Of a DNA stretch of 64,000 nucleotides, positions 49,150 through 57,102 are shown in pieces. The position numbers and the translations under genes are program-made. The notes beneath the pieces were generated by a model, which made no database searches, was not told the origin of the DNA, and worked only from the letters and a program-made list of their open reading frames with translations. The DNA lies in NCBI GenBank assembly GCA_964610055.1, contig CAZSUC010000001.1, forward strand, positions 216,867-280,866, given 5' to 3'. Origin of the DNA: an uncultured Candidatus Saccharibacteria bacterium (GTDB lineage Bacteria > Patescibacteriota > Andersenbacteria > UBA10190). How positions within the stretch are numbered: position 1 is the stretch's first letter; the number at the start of each line of letters is the position of its first letter.

Positions 49150-50299
49150 CACCTAAAATTACCTCAACTTTCTCTACATCATCCGGACTTAACGCAAAAT
49201 GAGCTCGTAAATAACCCGTATCAGCACTCCCAGGCCTAAAGAAAGGAATACCAGGCGCCACCGCGATGCCTTTATCTAATAGCTCCTGCATCGCTGCCAT
49301 ATCACTGGCGCGATTATGTTTTACCATCATGTAATAAGCCCCCTGCGGCGACACTGGTTCCATGCCATATTTCTCAAAAGCAGCCATAATTCTTATTCGA
49401 TTATTTCGATATTGTCCCACTAAATCTGACACAAACCGATCTAATTGGTTGCTTTCTGTTTGCCATAAGTCTGCTAAAATCAATTGCGCTGGCGCTGGTG
49501 CACCTACGTATAAAGCCTCATGAATATGCGTCATATTAGCCCGTCGTTCAGGAGCAGTTATCGCATATCCTGTTCTCCAGCCAGCTAAGGCTAAATTCTT
49601 GGAAAAACTCCTACAGATTACTAAGTGGTTTAAATCGGAAGCTAAACTTAAAAGGGAAGTATAATCATTTTCCCAAATAAAATCTTGATAAACCTCATCC
49701 ATTACTAGCAGCACATTATTACGAACACATAAATTGTACAATTTTTCTAAATCATCCTTATCAATCACTGTGCCTGTCGGATTAGCTGGATTTCCAATTA
49801 ATAATGCCTTGAGCCCCGGGATTTTTTGGCCAATAGTTTCCCAGTTCAATTTAAATTCAGTATTGTAGGGAATGTATTCCGTAACCGCTTGAATAGCTTG
49901 AATGGCCCAATTATGAGCTGGATAAAAAGGCTCCAACAAGCCTACTTTATCGCCGGGAGCGCATACTGTTCTTAAAGCAGAAACTACTCCACCTGTTACT
50001 CCATTAGTTGCCATTACTTCCTCTAAAGTTAAGTCAGCTCTTTCTCTTTGCAAGCGATTTAATAGTGCTGCTCTATATTCCTTATATCCTGCTGGAGAAG
50101 CATAAGTATGCATTCGGCGCTCTTTAAACCTCTCATTTAATTTATCCAAGAAAATCTTAGGTGGGGCAGTATGAACTACTCCTTGCGCCATATCAATTGC
50201 TCCAGCTTCAACTGCCATGTCGGCCATTTCTCGGCCTGTTGGTAAATGCGTCCCGTTATTTTTAATCATCAAAACCTTGGCATCGATAACATTTTTCAT
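49142..50299 (-). CDS. PLP-dependent aminotransferase (class I/II, AAT fold)
   Basis: SFSKNLALAGWRTGY (PLP-lysine block), NPANPTG, and a C-terminal R for substrate carboxylate. Confidence 0.85.
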   Translation of the reverse strand: MKNVIDAKVLMIKNNGTHLPTGREMADMAVEAGAIDMAQGVVHTAPPKIFLDKLNERFKERRMHTYASPAGYKEYRAALLNRLQRERADLTLEEVMATNGVTGGVVSALRTVCAPGDKVGLLEPFYPAHNWAIQAIQAVTEYIPYNTEFKLNWETIGQKIPGLKALLIGNPANPTGTVIDKDDLEKLYNLCVRNNVLLVMDEVYQDFIWENDYTSLLSLASDLNHLVICRSFSKNLALAGWRTGYAITAPERRANMTHIHEALYVGAPAPAQLILADLWQTESNQLDRFVSDLVGQYRNNRIRIMAAFEKYGMEPVSPQGAYYMMVKHNRASDMAAMQELLDKGIAVAPGIPFFRPGSADTGYLRAHFALSPDDVEKVEVILGAS

Positions 50300-50322
50300 A
50301 AGCTAAGGATAGCTCCATTTTC

Positions 50323-50356
50323 GCCCAATAAAAAGCGGCAGGTGATACCCGCCGCA
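50323..50356 (-). terminator. rho-independent terminator closing the RiPP operon
   Basis: Minus-strand GCGGCGGGTATCACCTGCCGC hairpin followed by TTTTTATTGGG. Lies between the small membrane-protein gene and the aminotransferase start. Confidence 0.5.
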
Positions 50357-50381
50357 TAAACCACCTGGATTTCATGCTGCT

Positions 50382-50657
50382 TTAGCCGAAAAGCCAGGGG
50401 ACCAGAGACCAGAAAGCCCAATGTGCCATGTAACCGATGCCACACATCAGCAGGGTTACAACCGTGACGATCATCCAAAGAGGAGTCTGGAATGGCGCTG
50501 CAAAATCAACGGATTCACTGGGCGCACTTGTCTCTAAGTTCGCATGCGGCAACAGGCCATCCCGAGCGCGGGACTCCCACGCAATCTTGCTAGGAGTCTC
50601 ACTGTCATTCCTGTGATTTTGATCCGCACCAACATCGTAAGAACTCCCGTGCATCAC
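50382..50657 (-). CDS. small membrane protein (2 C-terminal TM helices); candidate immunity/export accessory
   Basis: 91 aa with a hydrophilic N-terminus and a C-terminal WMIVTVVTLLMCGIGYMAHWAFWSLVPWLF. It is the last gene of the operon and has higher GC than the host background. Confidence 0.4.
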   Translation of the reverse strand: MMHGSSYDVGADQNHRNDSETPSKIAWESRARDGLLPHANLETSAPSESVDFAAPFQTPLWMIVTVVTLLMCGIGYMAHWAFWSLVPWLFG

Positions 50658-50796
50658 ATAACCCTCCTAAAAAGGACAAAATCACACAACCTACTACTAA
50701 TCAAAAATTACAGTCAATAACACAAAATTACAACCATGCCGTGTCAATTGTTCTTAACACGCAGATTCAAACTTAATTAACAATAGGTTGGTAATT

Positions 50797-51471
50797 CTAA
50801 AAAATTTCCTCTGCTTTGACCTCCACAATTGCCGCCGGATTCTTAATATTCCGTTTCGCCATATACTGCCGCACCATATCATACCCCAGCGAATACCCAG
50901 TCCACTTTTTTATACCGTTCCCCCCGTAAAACCAATCATCGCGGTTAAAATCTTCAGACTTCAAGATCGGTTTTGCTTTTTTCCAAATCAGACTCAACTC
51001 CTGACTATCAAGATTATGAGCATACGGCACATCAATATCAGAATACATAAATTCCTCAAACATTGACGGCAATCCCTCGTCAACTAACGCCTCACCCAAT
51101 GTTTTTGCTACTGGCCAAGTGGCATATCGTCTAGCATGGCACATCTCATGGGCAATTGCTGATGGCATCCATTGTTTTACATTATGAATTATCCCATTTT
51201 TATGTTTTGGGTCTATAAAAATTAGAATTGTATCTGCTTCGCCGCACCGGCCTCCTACACCCTGCTCCGGAATAGTCGCAAATTTATCCGCATAAACCAA
51301 AATATTACACTCCTTAAGATTAAGCCATTTATTACAGTCAGTCACAGCCTCTCGCGCCACTTCTAAAACATTAGCCGCATCTAGCACTTCCGCATCTTGA
51401 TCATGTATCCGGTACATTAAATGGATATAAATTTTACTGCTAGTTATCTTGTATGAGAATTTTGTGAGCAT
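50797..51471 (-). CDS. putative Zn-dependent metallopeptidase (HExxH; DUF2268-like?)
   Basis: SAIAHEMCHARRY contains HEMCH with a downstream Glu (VDEGLPSMFEEF). Immediately downstream of the precursor gene in the same orientation. Confidence 0.5.
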   Translation of the reverse strand: MLTKFSYKITSSKIYIHLMYRIHDQDAEVLDAANVLEVAREAVTDCNKWLNLKECNILVYADKFATIPEQGVGGRCGEADTILIFIDPKHKNGIIHNVKQWMPSAIAHEMCHARRYATWPVAKTLGEALVDEGLPSMFEEFMYSDIDVPYAHNLDSQELSLIWKKAKPILKSEDFNRDDWFYGGNGIKKWTGYSLGYDMVRQYMAKRNIKNPAAIVEVKAEEIF

Positions 51472-51490
51472 ACCACCGTATGATCATAGG

Positions 51491-51526
51491 ATTAATAAAA
51501 GGGCCGACTGTATAGGAGCCGGCCCA
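51491..51526 (-). terminator. intra-operon partial terminator/attenuator immediately after precursor gene
   Basis: Minus-strand GGGCCGGCTCCTATACAGTCGGCCC hairpin followed by TTTTATTAAT. Sits 17 nt after the precursor stop codon. Confidence 0.45.
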
Positions 51527-51542
51527 ACGCGGAGAGGATTGG

Positions 51543-51725
51543 CTAGCGGCTGCACTTACCGCCGCCGTTTGATCCGCCACCGCTGCACTTACCGCCGCCG
51601 TTTGATCCGCCGGCACATCCGTTTCCGCTTGCTTGCATCTCGCGGGTAGAAATACCGCGAGAATAAGCGAGCCGCGTCACCTTCAGTTGAGGAGACGCTT
51701 TTTTCGCAACCGTCTCTGACGGCAC
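51543..51725 (-). CDS. RiPP precursor peptide, microcin B17-like Gly/Ser/Cys/Asn-rich core (LAP/TOMM substrate)
   Basis: 60 aa: MPSETVAKKASPQLKVTRLAYSRGISTREMQAS | GNGCAGGSNGGGKCSGGGSNGGGKCSR. GTG start with AAGGAGGT 5 nt upstream. Lies 15 nt downstream of the YcaO gene. The core has 3 Cys, 4 Ser, 3 Asn and 14 Gly in 27 residues. Confidence 0.7.
   Translation of the reverse strand: MPSETVAKKASPQLKVTRLAYSRGISTREMQASGNGCAGGSNGGGKCSGGGSNGGGKCSR
51549..51611. repeat. perfect 33-nt direct tandem repeat (x2) inside precursor core
   Basis: GCTGCACTTACCGCCGCCGTTTGATCCGCC occurs at 51549 and again at 51582 (period 33). It encodes the duplicated core module GGSNGGGKCS. Confidence 0.85.
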
Positions 51726-51740
51726 AACGAACCTCCTTTC

Positions 51741-53603
51741 CTAATCCAAAGGGTGGACAGAAAATCTTAGAGGCACATCCTTAACTTCAACGACACGAGT
51801 ATGCGGGAGCTGGTTGAACCCAAACGTCAAAGGAACAAACCAGGGACTCAGGAGCCGCACCACCCTCAATCCCTGTACCTCACCATACGCAACCGAGTAC
51901 AGCGCGTCAACACCTAATTGTCGACACACTTTGACAACGTCGGCGCTTTCAACAACCTCTTCGGAAAAGCAAGGCTTCGTTAACTCTGACTCTGAAAAAG
52001 TTGTTGAAGACCACAAAAAAGAAGCTGAAACCAAGTTTTCAGGATTGTTAAACCAGCACGCATGGTCATCTGGCGTCCTAACGTCCTGTAAGGCAATTCG
52101 CGGCTTTTCTTCCATGTGCATTGCCGGATCCAGTAACCGGCAAAACAATCCTACCTCAGCTTCTTTCCAAGCACTCAGCAGTGCTTCTTGGACAGTGTTG
52201 CGCGCAGCTGCGCCGCAAATCATCGCCGGCCAATTGTTTCTCCGCAAGACTACTAGCATCGTGGGTACGATAGTCTTGGATATATCAAGGAAATCCACCT
52301 GATATCCAAGTGACCGCACCTTATCGCATTCCGCGACGAGGTCTCGGGGAATCATGCACTCAGACAATCGTGACGGAGGCTGGCGAAAAATCCAGGTTTT
52401 CATGAACGCATCGCGTTCAATGAGCTCTAATAGCGCCGAAAACTGCGCTTTCGCAACAGACATTCCAGCAGCCATACCAGAAGAGTTCGCCCAACGGCAT
52501 CTTTGCTTGTAAGAATGCGGTTGGAAAGGGTAGTAACACAAATCAGCAAGAATCCGCACTTCCTGACCAGTTATAACACTAATGGCATTGCGCCAATAGT
52601 ATTTGCAATCTGGTTTAAAAGGGCGCAGCTCCGCATCCTCGCATTGGCTACCAGTCAAGTGATACAGGGAATCGGGGTCAATCCGATTTTTGCTTCCATG
52701 CAATGACCCATATTCAAGTCCATGAGTATTGTATTTTCCAGCCGCATGCCTCTCCAAAGCTTCTGCGGACGAAACCAAATGCGCTGTGAGCCTATCCCTG
52801 TGCGCGCCACTTGCGACTGGATTACGTCTCCCGTCCCATTGTCCTTTTTGGCGATAGCGAGACATAACTATCGCCACAGACGGAGAAAATCCCGTGGACA
52901 AATCTGTGATTACAGATTGCTGAACCACAGAGCCAAATGGACCACAATAATGCCAATTCCCAACATCAATCCAATTAACTGTGCGCTCGCGGACACTAAT
53001 CTCGCATAGGCATTCATCCTCCGCTAACAAAGAGACAATCGTACTAGCAAGCCACTTACACGTGTCATGCTCAATAAAATTTTCTCCAGGAATAACTACC
53101 TCGCCCGTGTTCCAGAAAAGAGGGCGTGCCCTATCTAGCCAAACGCCAGCAAACGCCCACTCAATCAGCCGCTTAGCCAGAAGCTTTTGCTGTCGTGGTT
53201 TAGATAGCTTGGCCAACAGGTAAAGAGGGCCAAACCGGAAGCCTAAACCATAGCATTTCCCAGTTTTATTAAAAACTGGGAAATGCTGAAAAATTGGCAA
53301 ACCCGAGCAATTCTCTGCGATGTGCCAGTCAAGTCGATCAGGAGGTTGGGTATCCAAAACCCAGACTTGCTCTTGAATCAACAATGACCATAGCGACATC
53401 ATTTTTTCTGGGGGAACATTGCTTTGTTCAGCAAAATTCCAGACAATTACTTGATCAAGCAGGCCATTCTTATAACCTGCACACGCACGTAACAAGTGCG
53501 AGACCTGAGCATCAGCAATGGAAACCTCGTTCTGTAGACTTACGAACTCGGCCCGGTCACTCAGAAAAAACAGATCATATGTAGGGTTAAACCTAACAAT
53601 CAT
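51741..53603 (-). CDS. YcaO-domain cyclodehydratase (TOMM SagD/McbD-type) with ~230 aa N-terminal extension
   Basis: YcaO signature RWANSSGMAAGMSVAKAQFSALLELIERDAF (ATP/Mg-binding S...E..ER motif) and downstream conserved blocks. The N-terminal ~230 aa has no Rossmann motif and is a possible leader-binding/E1-like docking domain. Confidence 0.85.
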   Translation of the reverse strand: MIVRFNPTYDLFFLSDRAEFVSLQNEVSIADAQVSHLLRACAGYKNGLLDQVIVWNFAEQSNVPPEKMMSLWSLLIQEQVWVLDTQPPDRLDWHIAENCSGLPIFQHFPVFNKTGKCYGLGFRFGPLYLLAKLSKPRQQKLLAKRLIEWAFAGVWLDRARPLFWNTGEVVIPGENFIEHDTCKWLASTIVSLLAEDECLCEISVRERTVNWIDVGNWHYCGPFGSVVQQSVITDLSTGFSPSVAIVMSRYRQKGQWDGRRNPVASGAHRDRLTAHLVSSAEALERHAAGKYNTHGLEYGSLHGSKNRIDPDSLYHLTGSQCEDAELRPFKPDCKYYWRNAISVITGQEVRILADLCYYPFQPHSYKQRCRWANSSGMAAGMSVAKAQFSALLELIERDAFMKTWIFRQPPSRLSECMIPRDLVAECDKVRSLGYQVDFLDISKTIVPTMLVVLRRNNWPAMICGAAARNTVQEALLSAWKEAEVGLFCRLLDPAMHMEEKPRIALQDVRTPDDHACWFNNPENLVSASFLWSSTTFSESELTKPCFSEEVVESADVVKVCRQLGVDALYSVAYGEVQGLRVVRLLSPWFVPLTFGFNQLPHTRVVEVKDVPLRFSVHPLD

Positions 53604-54630
53604 CCATAGTCTCCTCCAGGCGACCAGCTAAAACGACAGTAAGAGGCACAACGCCATCTAACAGGTTAAGAACAGCGGACAACTCACGATCAAAAAACCC
53701 ACCAACTTCTACACAACCCAAGCCACACTCAGCACAAAAAATTTGCAAATTTTGTGCTGCATGACCGGCTTCAAGAATAGTGTAGCGATAACCGCGATCA
53801 CCATACTTCCTACACACGAATGGCACATCACCACTGATCACAAAACATGCCCCGCAAGTATCTACATAAGTGTCTTTCATAAAGCAACCATGAAAGGCAG
53901 TAGTATCTTGCCATTTAGTCAGCAGATGAATGTCATGGGTGTAAGAATACACTCCGCTGTCAAGTCCAGGCGACGGTGTTGTAACAAGAACATGCAGCAT
54001 AAGCGGATAGAGAGCGCCAGCTGACGGTATCGTACGGCGTAATAAACCGCAAGACTCCCAAGCAAACGATCCTACCACCCCGCATGCAGACCAACACAAA
54101 TCCCTAACCTCCTGGCGCTTGAGAGGCGCCCCAGTAAACTGACGAGACGTGCGTCGACTACATAATAACTTCGCAAAGGGGGTCGTCGGCACCGGCAGAA
54201 AGCCTCCTACAGGCTGCCTTTTCTGCACTTCGTTGTACAAATTGTTCATCTCATCGTCAGACAGCCTCTTAAAAAGAGGCATGGGATTGTTGCCGTATGC
54301 ATGAAATGCACGCCAGCATTCCTGGGCATCTACTAACGCTCCGCTACTTTGTAACAACTCAACCAGTGACAAAATTGACGGAAGTGGGTATGAGCAAGAA
54401 AGAACCTCAATAATCTCATGTAACTCGTAGTAGCCGGAACAATAACGCAACAAATCCCGCTGAAGCTGAACGTCACATTCAACTACTATGACTTCCTCGG
54501 GAAGGTAATACCGCATAGAGGAAATACAGTTATCAACGTAACAAGTAACCCTAGGGCGCCAAGAAAGGCTCATCAGAAGTTTCTCCTTATAATTGTCAAA
54601 GAACTGTCCAAAACGACGACAATCAATCAT
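53593..54630 (-). CDS. SagB-type FMN-dependent dehydrogenase (McbC-like azoline oxidase, nitroreductase fold)
   Basis: N-terminal SagB-specific extension followed by a nitroreductase core (LLCSRRTSRQF; AGALYP; RYTILEAGHAAQNLQIFCAECGLG). Overlaps the YcaO gene by 11 bp. Confidence 0.8.
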   Translation of the reverse strand: MIDCRRFGQFFDNYKEKLLMSLSWRPRVTCYVDNCISSMRYYLPEEVIVVECDVQLQRDLLRYCSGYYELHEIIEVLSCSYPLPSILSLVELLQSSGALVDAQECWRAFHAYGNNPMPLFKRLSDDEMNNLYNEVQKRQPVGGFLPVPTTPFAKLLCSRRTSRQFTGAPLKRQEVRDLCWSACGVVGSFAWESCGLLRRTIPSAGALYPLMLHVLVTTPSPGLDSGVYSYTHDIHLLTKWQDTTAFHGCFMKDTYVDTCGACFVISGDVPFVCRKYGDRGYRYTILEAGHAAQNLQIFCAECGLGCVEVGGFFDRELSAVLNLLDGVVPLTVVLAGRLEETMDDC

Positions 54631-54825
54631 TCACTATTATTGCTCTATAAGCAAATTAAACCTGTCAATCAAAACTGACAAACAAAAAACCAATTTTTTG
54701 CCACAAGGCTATTTACATGTTCAAAACCCAGTATAAACTAATCCCCCAAAACCAGCTAAAATAGGCATGGTTTCCAGCATCGGGTTTATCGTGCGTATCC
54801 TAGCTGTTTTTATTAACCCTCGTGT

Positions 54826-55447
54826 ATGACCTATCAACATTTCACCGTCGAGGAACGAGAAACAATTCAACTCGGACTTTGGCAGAGGGAGTCGATCAGT
54901 TCCATCGCAAAACGTCTGGGACGCTCAGCCTCGTCCGTCAGTCAAGAGATTAAGAGGAATCTGTACCTCAAGCGTCGCTGGTCACCAGAACAGATTGCGG
55001 GTCGCATCAAGCGTGACCTCGGCGAGACTATTTCTCACGAAGCAATTTACTAATTCATCTACTCCTAGGTGTATCGAGAAGGCCATGGGTATGTGAAGCC
55101 AGCTCATTAAGACTTGCGGCCATACCTACGCCGACGCCGTAAGCGACGCCTTGCTCGCGGTAGCCGTTGTTGCCAGCGAGTGCCGCGACCAAAAACACCC
55201 TCACGGAACGGCGGACCGGTAAGCTCTTCATTATGAAATTGCCTGACCGAACAGCGGCGAGTACCGCCACCGCGGTGACGAGCCATCTGGAGCATCTGCC
55301 ACAGAGACTACGACGGACCCTCACCAGATGAGCTGGCGCATGTCGAAGCCGAGCTCAATGACCGGCCGCGCAAACGGCTCGGTTATTTAACCCCTAACGA
55401 AGCTATAGGGTGTTGCACTTCGAGGTTGAATCTACCGGAGACACGTT
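54826..55447 (+). pseudogene. IS30-family transposase remnant (N-terminal HTH plus C-terminal tail, DDE core deleted or scrambled)
   Basis: The 75-aa ORF MTYQHFTVEERETIQLGLWQRESISSIAKRLGRSASSVSQEIKRN...WSPEQIAGRIK...ISHEAIY matches the IS30 Tnp N-terminus. At 55330..55447 another frame reads DELAHVEAELNDRPRKRLGYLTPNEAI, the typical IS30 C-terminus. The middle ~270 bp is GC-rich with no intact frame. Confidence 0.55.
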
Positions 55448-55475
55448 TGTCTAAAAACATGTATTATGACACCAT

Positions 55476-57077
55476 ATGAATATGAAAAATATTCCGTTTC
55501 CAGTACCAACCATTCCTGTAGAAAGTAAAAATCAGGATTCAAAATATTCGTATAAATATGCTCACAAAATTTATAAAGAATATTTTAATTTTCCGATCAA
55601 AAAAGCAAGGCAGACCCTAGAAGATACTTCGCCCGCAGATTGGAATAAGAAGGGCAAGGTGCAAGCATTAAACGTATTTCAAGCCGCTGCCCATCGCGTC
55701 CCAGCATATAAAGACTTCTTAAAGAAACATAAAGTTAATCCAAGCACCATCACCTCTGTATCTGATTTCGAAAAAATTCCAGTCATTGATAAAGAATCCT
55801 ACCTAAAACATTATCCCGTAGAACAGCTATGCTGGGACGGGATTTTTACTAATGGTAATATAATTTCAGTATCCTCTGGGTCTTCTGGAAAACCATTTTT
55901 ATGGCCTCGAGAAATCGGTCTTGAATTAGAAGTAACTTATTTTTTTGAACTTATTTTAGATTCGTTCTTTCATATTTCTAGTCACAAAACTCTATTAGTG
56001 GATTGTTTTGCTATGGGGATGTATGTAGGGGGACCGTTTGTATTAAATACAACCATGCGTATATCGCAAAAAGGCTACCCCATATCAATTGTTACTCCAG
56101 GGAATGTTATGGAGGATATTCTGCGCGTGGTTAAGGAACTCGGACCTCAGTATGAACAAGTTATATTATCCGGATACCCGCCTTTTATTAAGGACATTAT
56201 TGATAAAGGCAGAAAGATTGGAATCGATTTTAATTCTTTTAAAACAATTATATTTCCAGCAGGCGAAGGTTTCTCTGAATCATGGCGCAGTGCAGTTGCA
56301 GAAAATGCCAATATTCAAGATCCTGTTAATAGCCTCTTAGGATATTATGGTACTGCTGATGCTGCGGTTATGGGAGCAGAAACTCCTTGGTCTGTATTGA
56401 TACGTAAAGCTGTATCGCGAAATATAGAAAATATTGAAAAAATATTTGGAGAATGTCGCATGCCATCAGTTCTGCAATATATTCCGACGCTACGTTATTT
56501 TGAATTAATAAACGAGGAACTAGCCTTTACAGCCGCTAACGGATGTATACCTTTAGTGCGTTACAATATAAGAGATAAAGGAGGGCTATGGAAATTTACC
56601 GATGCACATAAAAATCTCAAACAAATAGGAGTGTCATATCAGGACGAGTTAGATCAAAATTCCAAATATGGTAAACCATGGCAATTGCCATTCGTTTATG
56701 TATTTGGGCGCAGTGATCAAACTGCTATTATCTACGGCGCTAATGTTTATCCTGAACACATCAAAATGATTCTTGAAAGTAAGGAATTGGCTGGCTACTG
56801 TTCTGGGCGTTTTGTTCTTGATACAGAAGAAGATCATTCGCATAATCAACATCTTATCTTGCATTTAGAATGTCATGCTCACGTTCAACGCAATAATGAT
56901 TTGCGAGACTACTTAACAAAAACTGTTTTTAAAATGCTCAAAAATATTAACGCAGAATACGCAAATTCCGCTAAAGCTAACGGGTCAAAAGCCATTCCTA
57001 AGATTTTCTTACAAGAATACGAAGATTCTCATTATTTTGCTCGAGACAAAAAGCAGCAGTGGAAGCTTAAAAAGTAA
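55476..57077 (+). CDS. PaaK/CapK-like adenylate-forming enzyme (phenylacetate-CoA ligase / F390 synthetase family)
   Basis: P-loop-like VSSGSSGKPFLWP in the ANL superfamily position, 533 aa, and a YGTADAA-like block. Very low GC, unlike the adjacent island. Confidence 0.55.
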   Translation: MNMKNIPFPVPTIPVESKNQDSKYSYKYAHKIYKEYFNFPIKKARQTLEDTSPADWNKKGKVQALNVFQAAAHRVPAYKDFLKKHKVNPSTITSVSDFEKIPVIDKESYLKHYPVEQLCWDGIFTNGNIISVSSGSSGKPFLWPREIGLELEVTYFFELILDSFFHISSHKTLLVDCFAMGMYVGGPFVLNTTMRISQKGYPISIVTPGNVMEDILRVVKELGPQYEQVILSGYPPFIKDIIDKGRKIGIDFNSFKTIIFPAGEGFSESWRSAVAENANIQDPVNSLLGYYGTADAAVMGAETPWSVLIRKAVSRNIENIEKIFGECRMPSVLQYIPTLRYFELINEELAFTAANGCIPLVRYNIRDKGGLWKFTDAHKNLKQIGVSYQDELDQNSKYGKPWQLPFVYVFGRSDQTAIIYGANVYPEHIKMILESKELAGYCSGRFVLDTEEDHSHNQHLILHLECHAHVQRNNDLRDYLTKTVFKMLKNINAEYANSAKANGSKAIPKIFLQEYEDSHYFARDKKQQWKLKK

Positions 57078-57102
57078 GATGTTTTGTAATACGATGTAGG
57101 TA

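Noticed and set aside
51549-51611. Possible CRISPR-like repeat
   Set aside because: Only two directly abutting 33-nt copies with no spacers, and they lie in-frame inside a coding sequence. It is a coding tandem duplication, not a CRISPR array.
51449-51649. 66-aa + strand ORF (…RRRLIRHRCTYRRRLIRR…)
   Set aside because: It is the antisense shadow of the Gly/Cys-rich precursor core and tandem repeat, with no RBS.
51814-53584. Several 67-162 aa + strand ORFs inside the YcaO gene
   Set aside because: Low-complexity, overlapping antisense frames within a gene that carries a clear YcaO signature on the minus strand.
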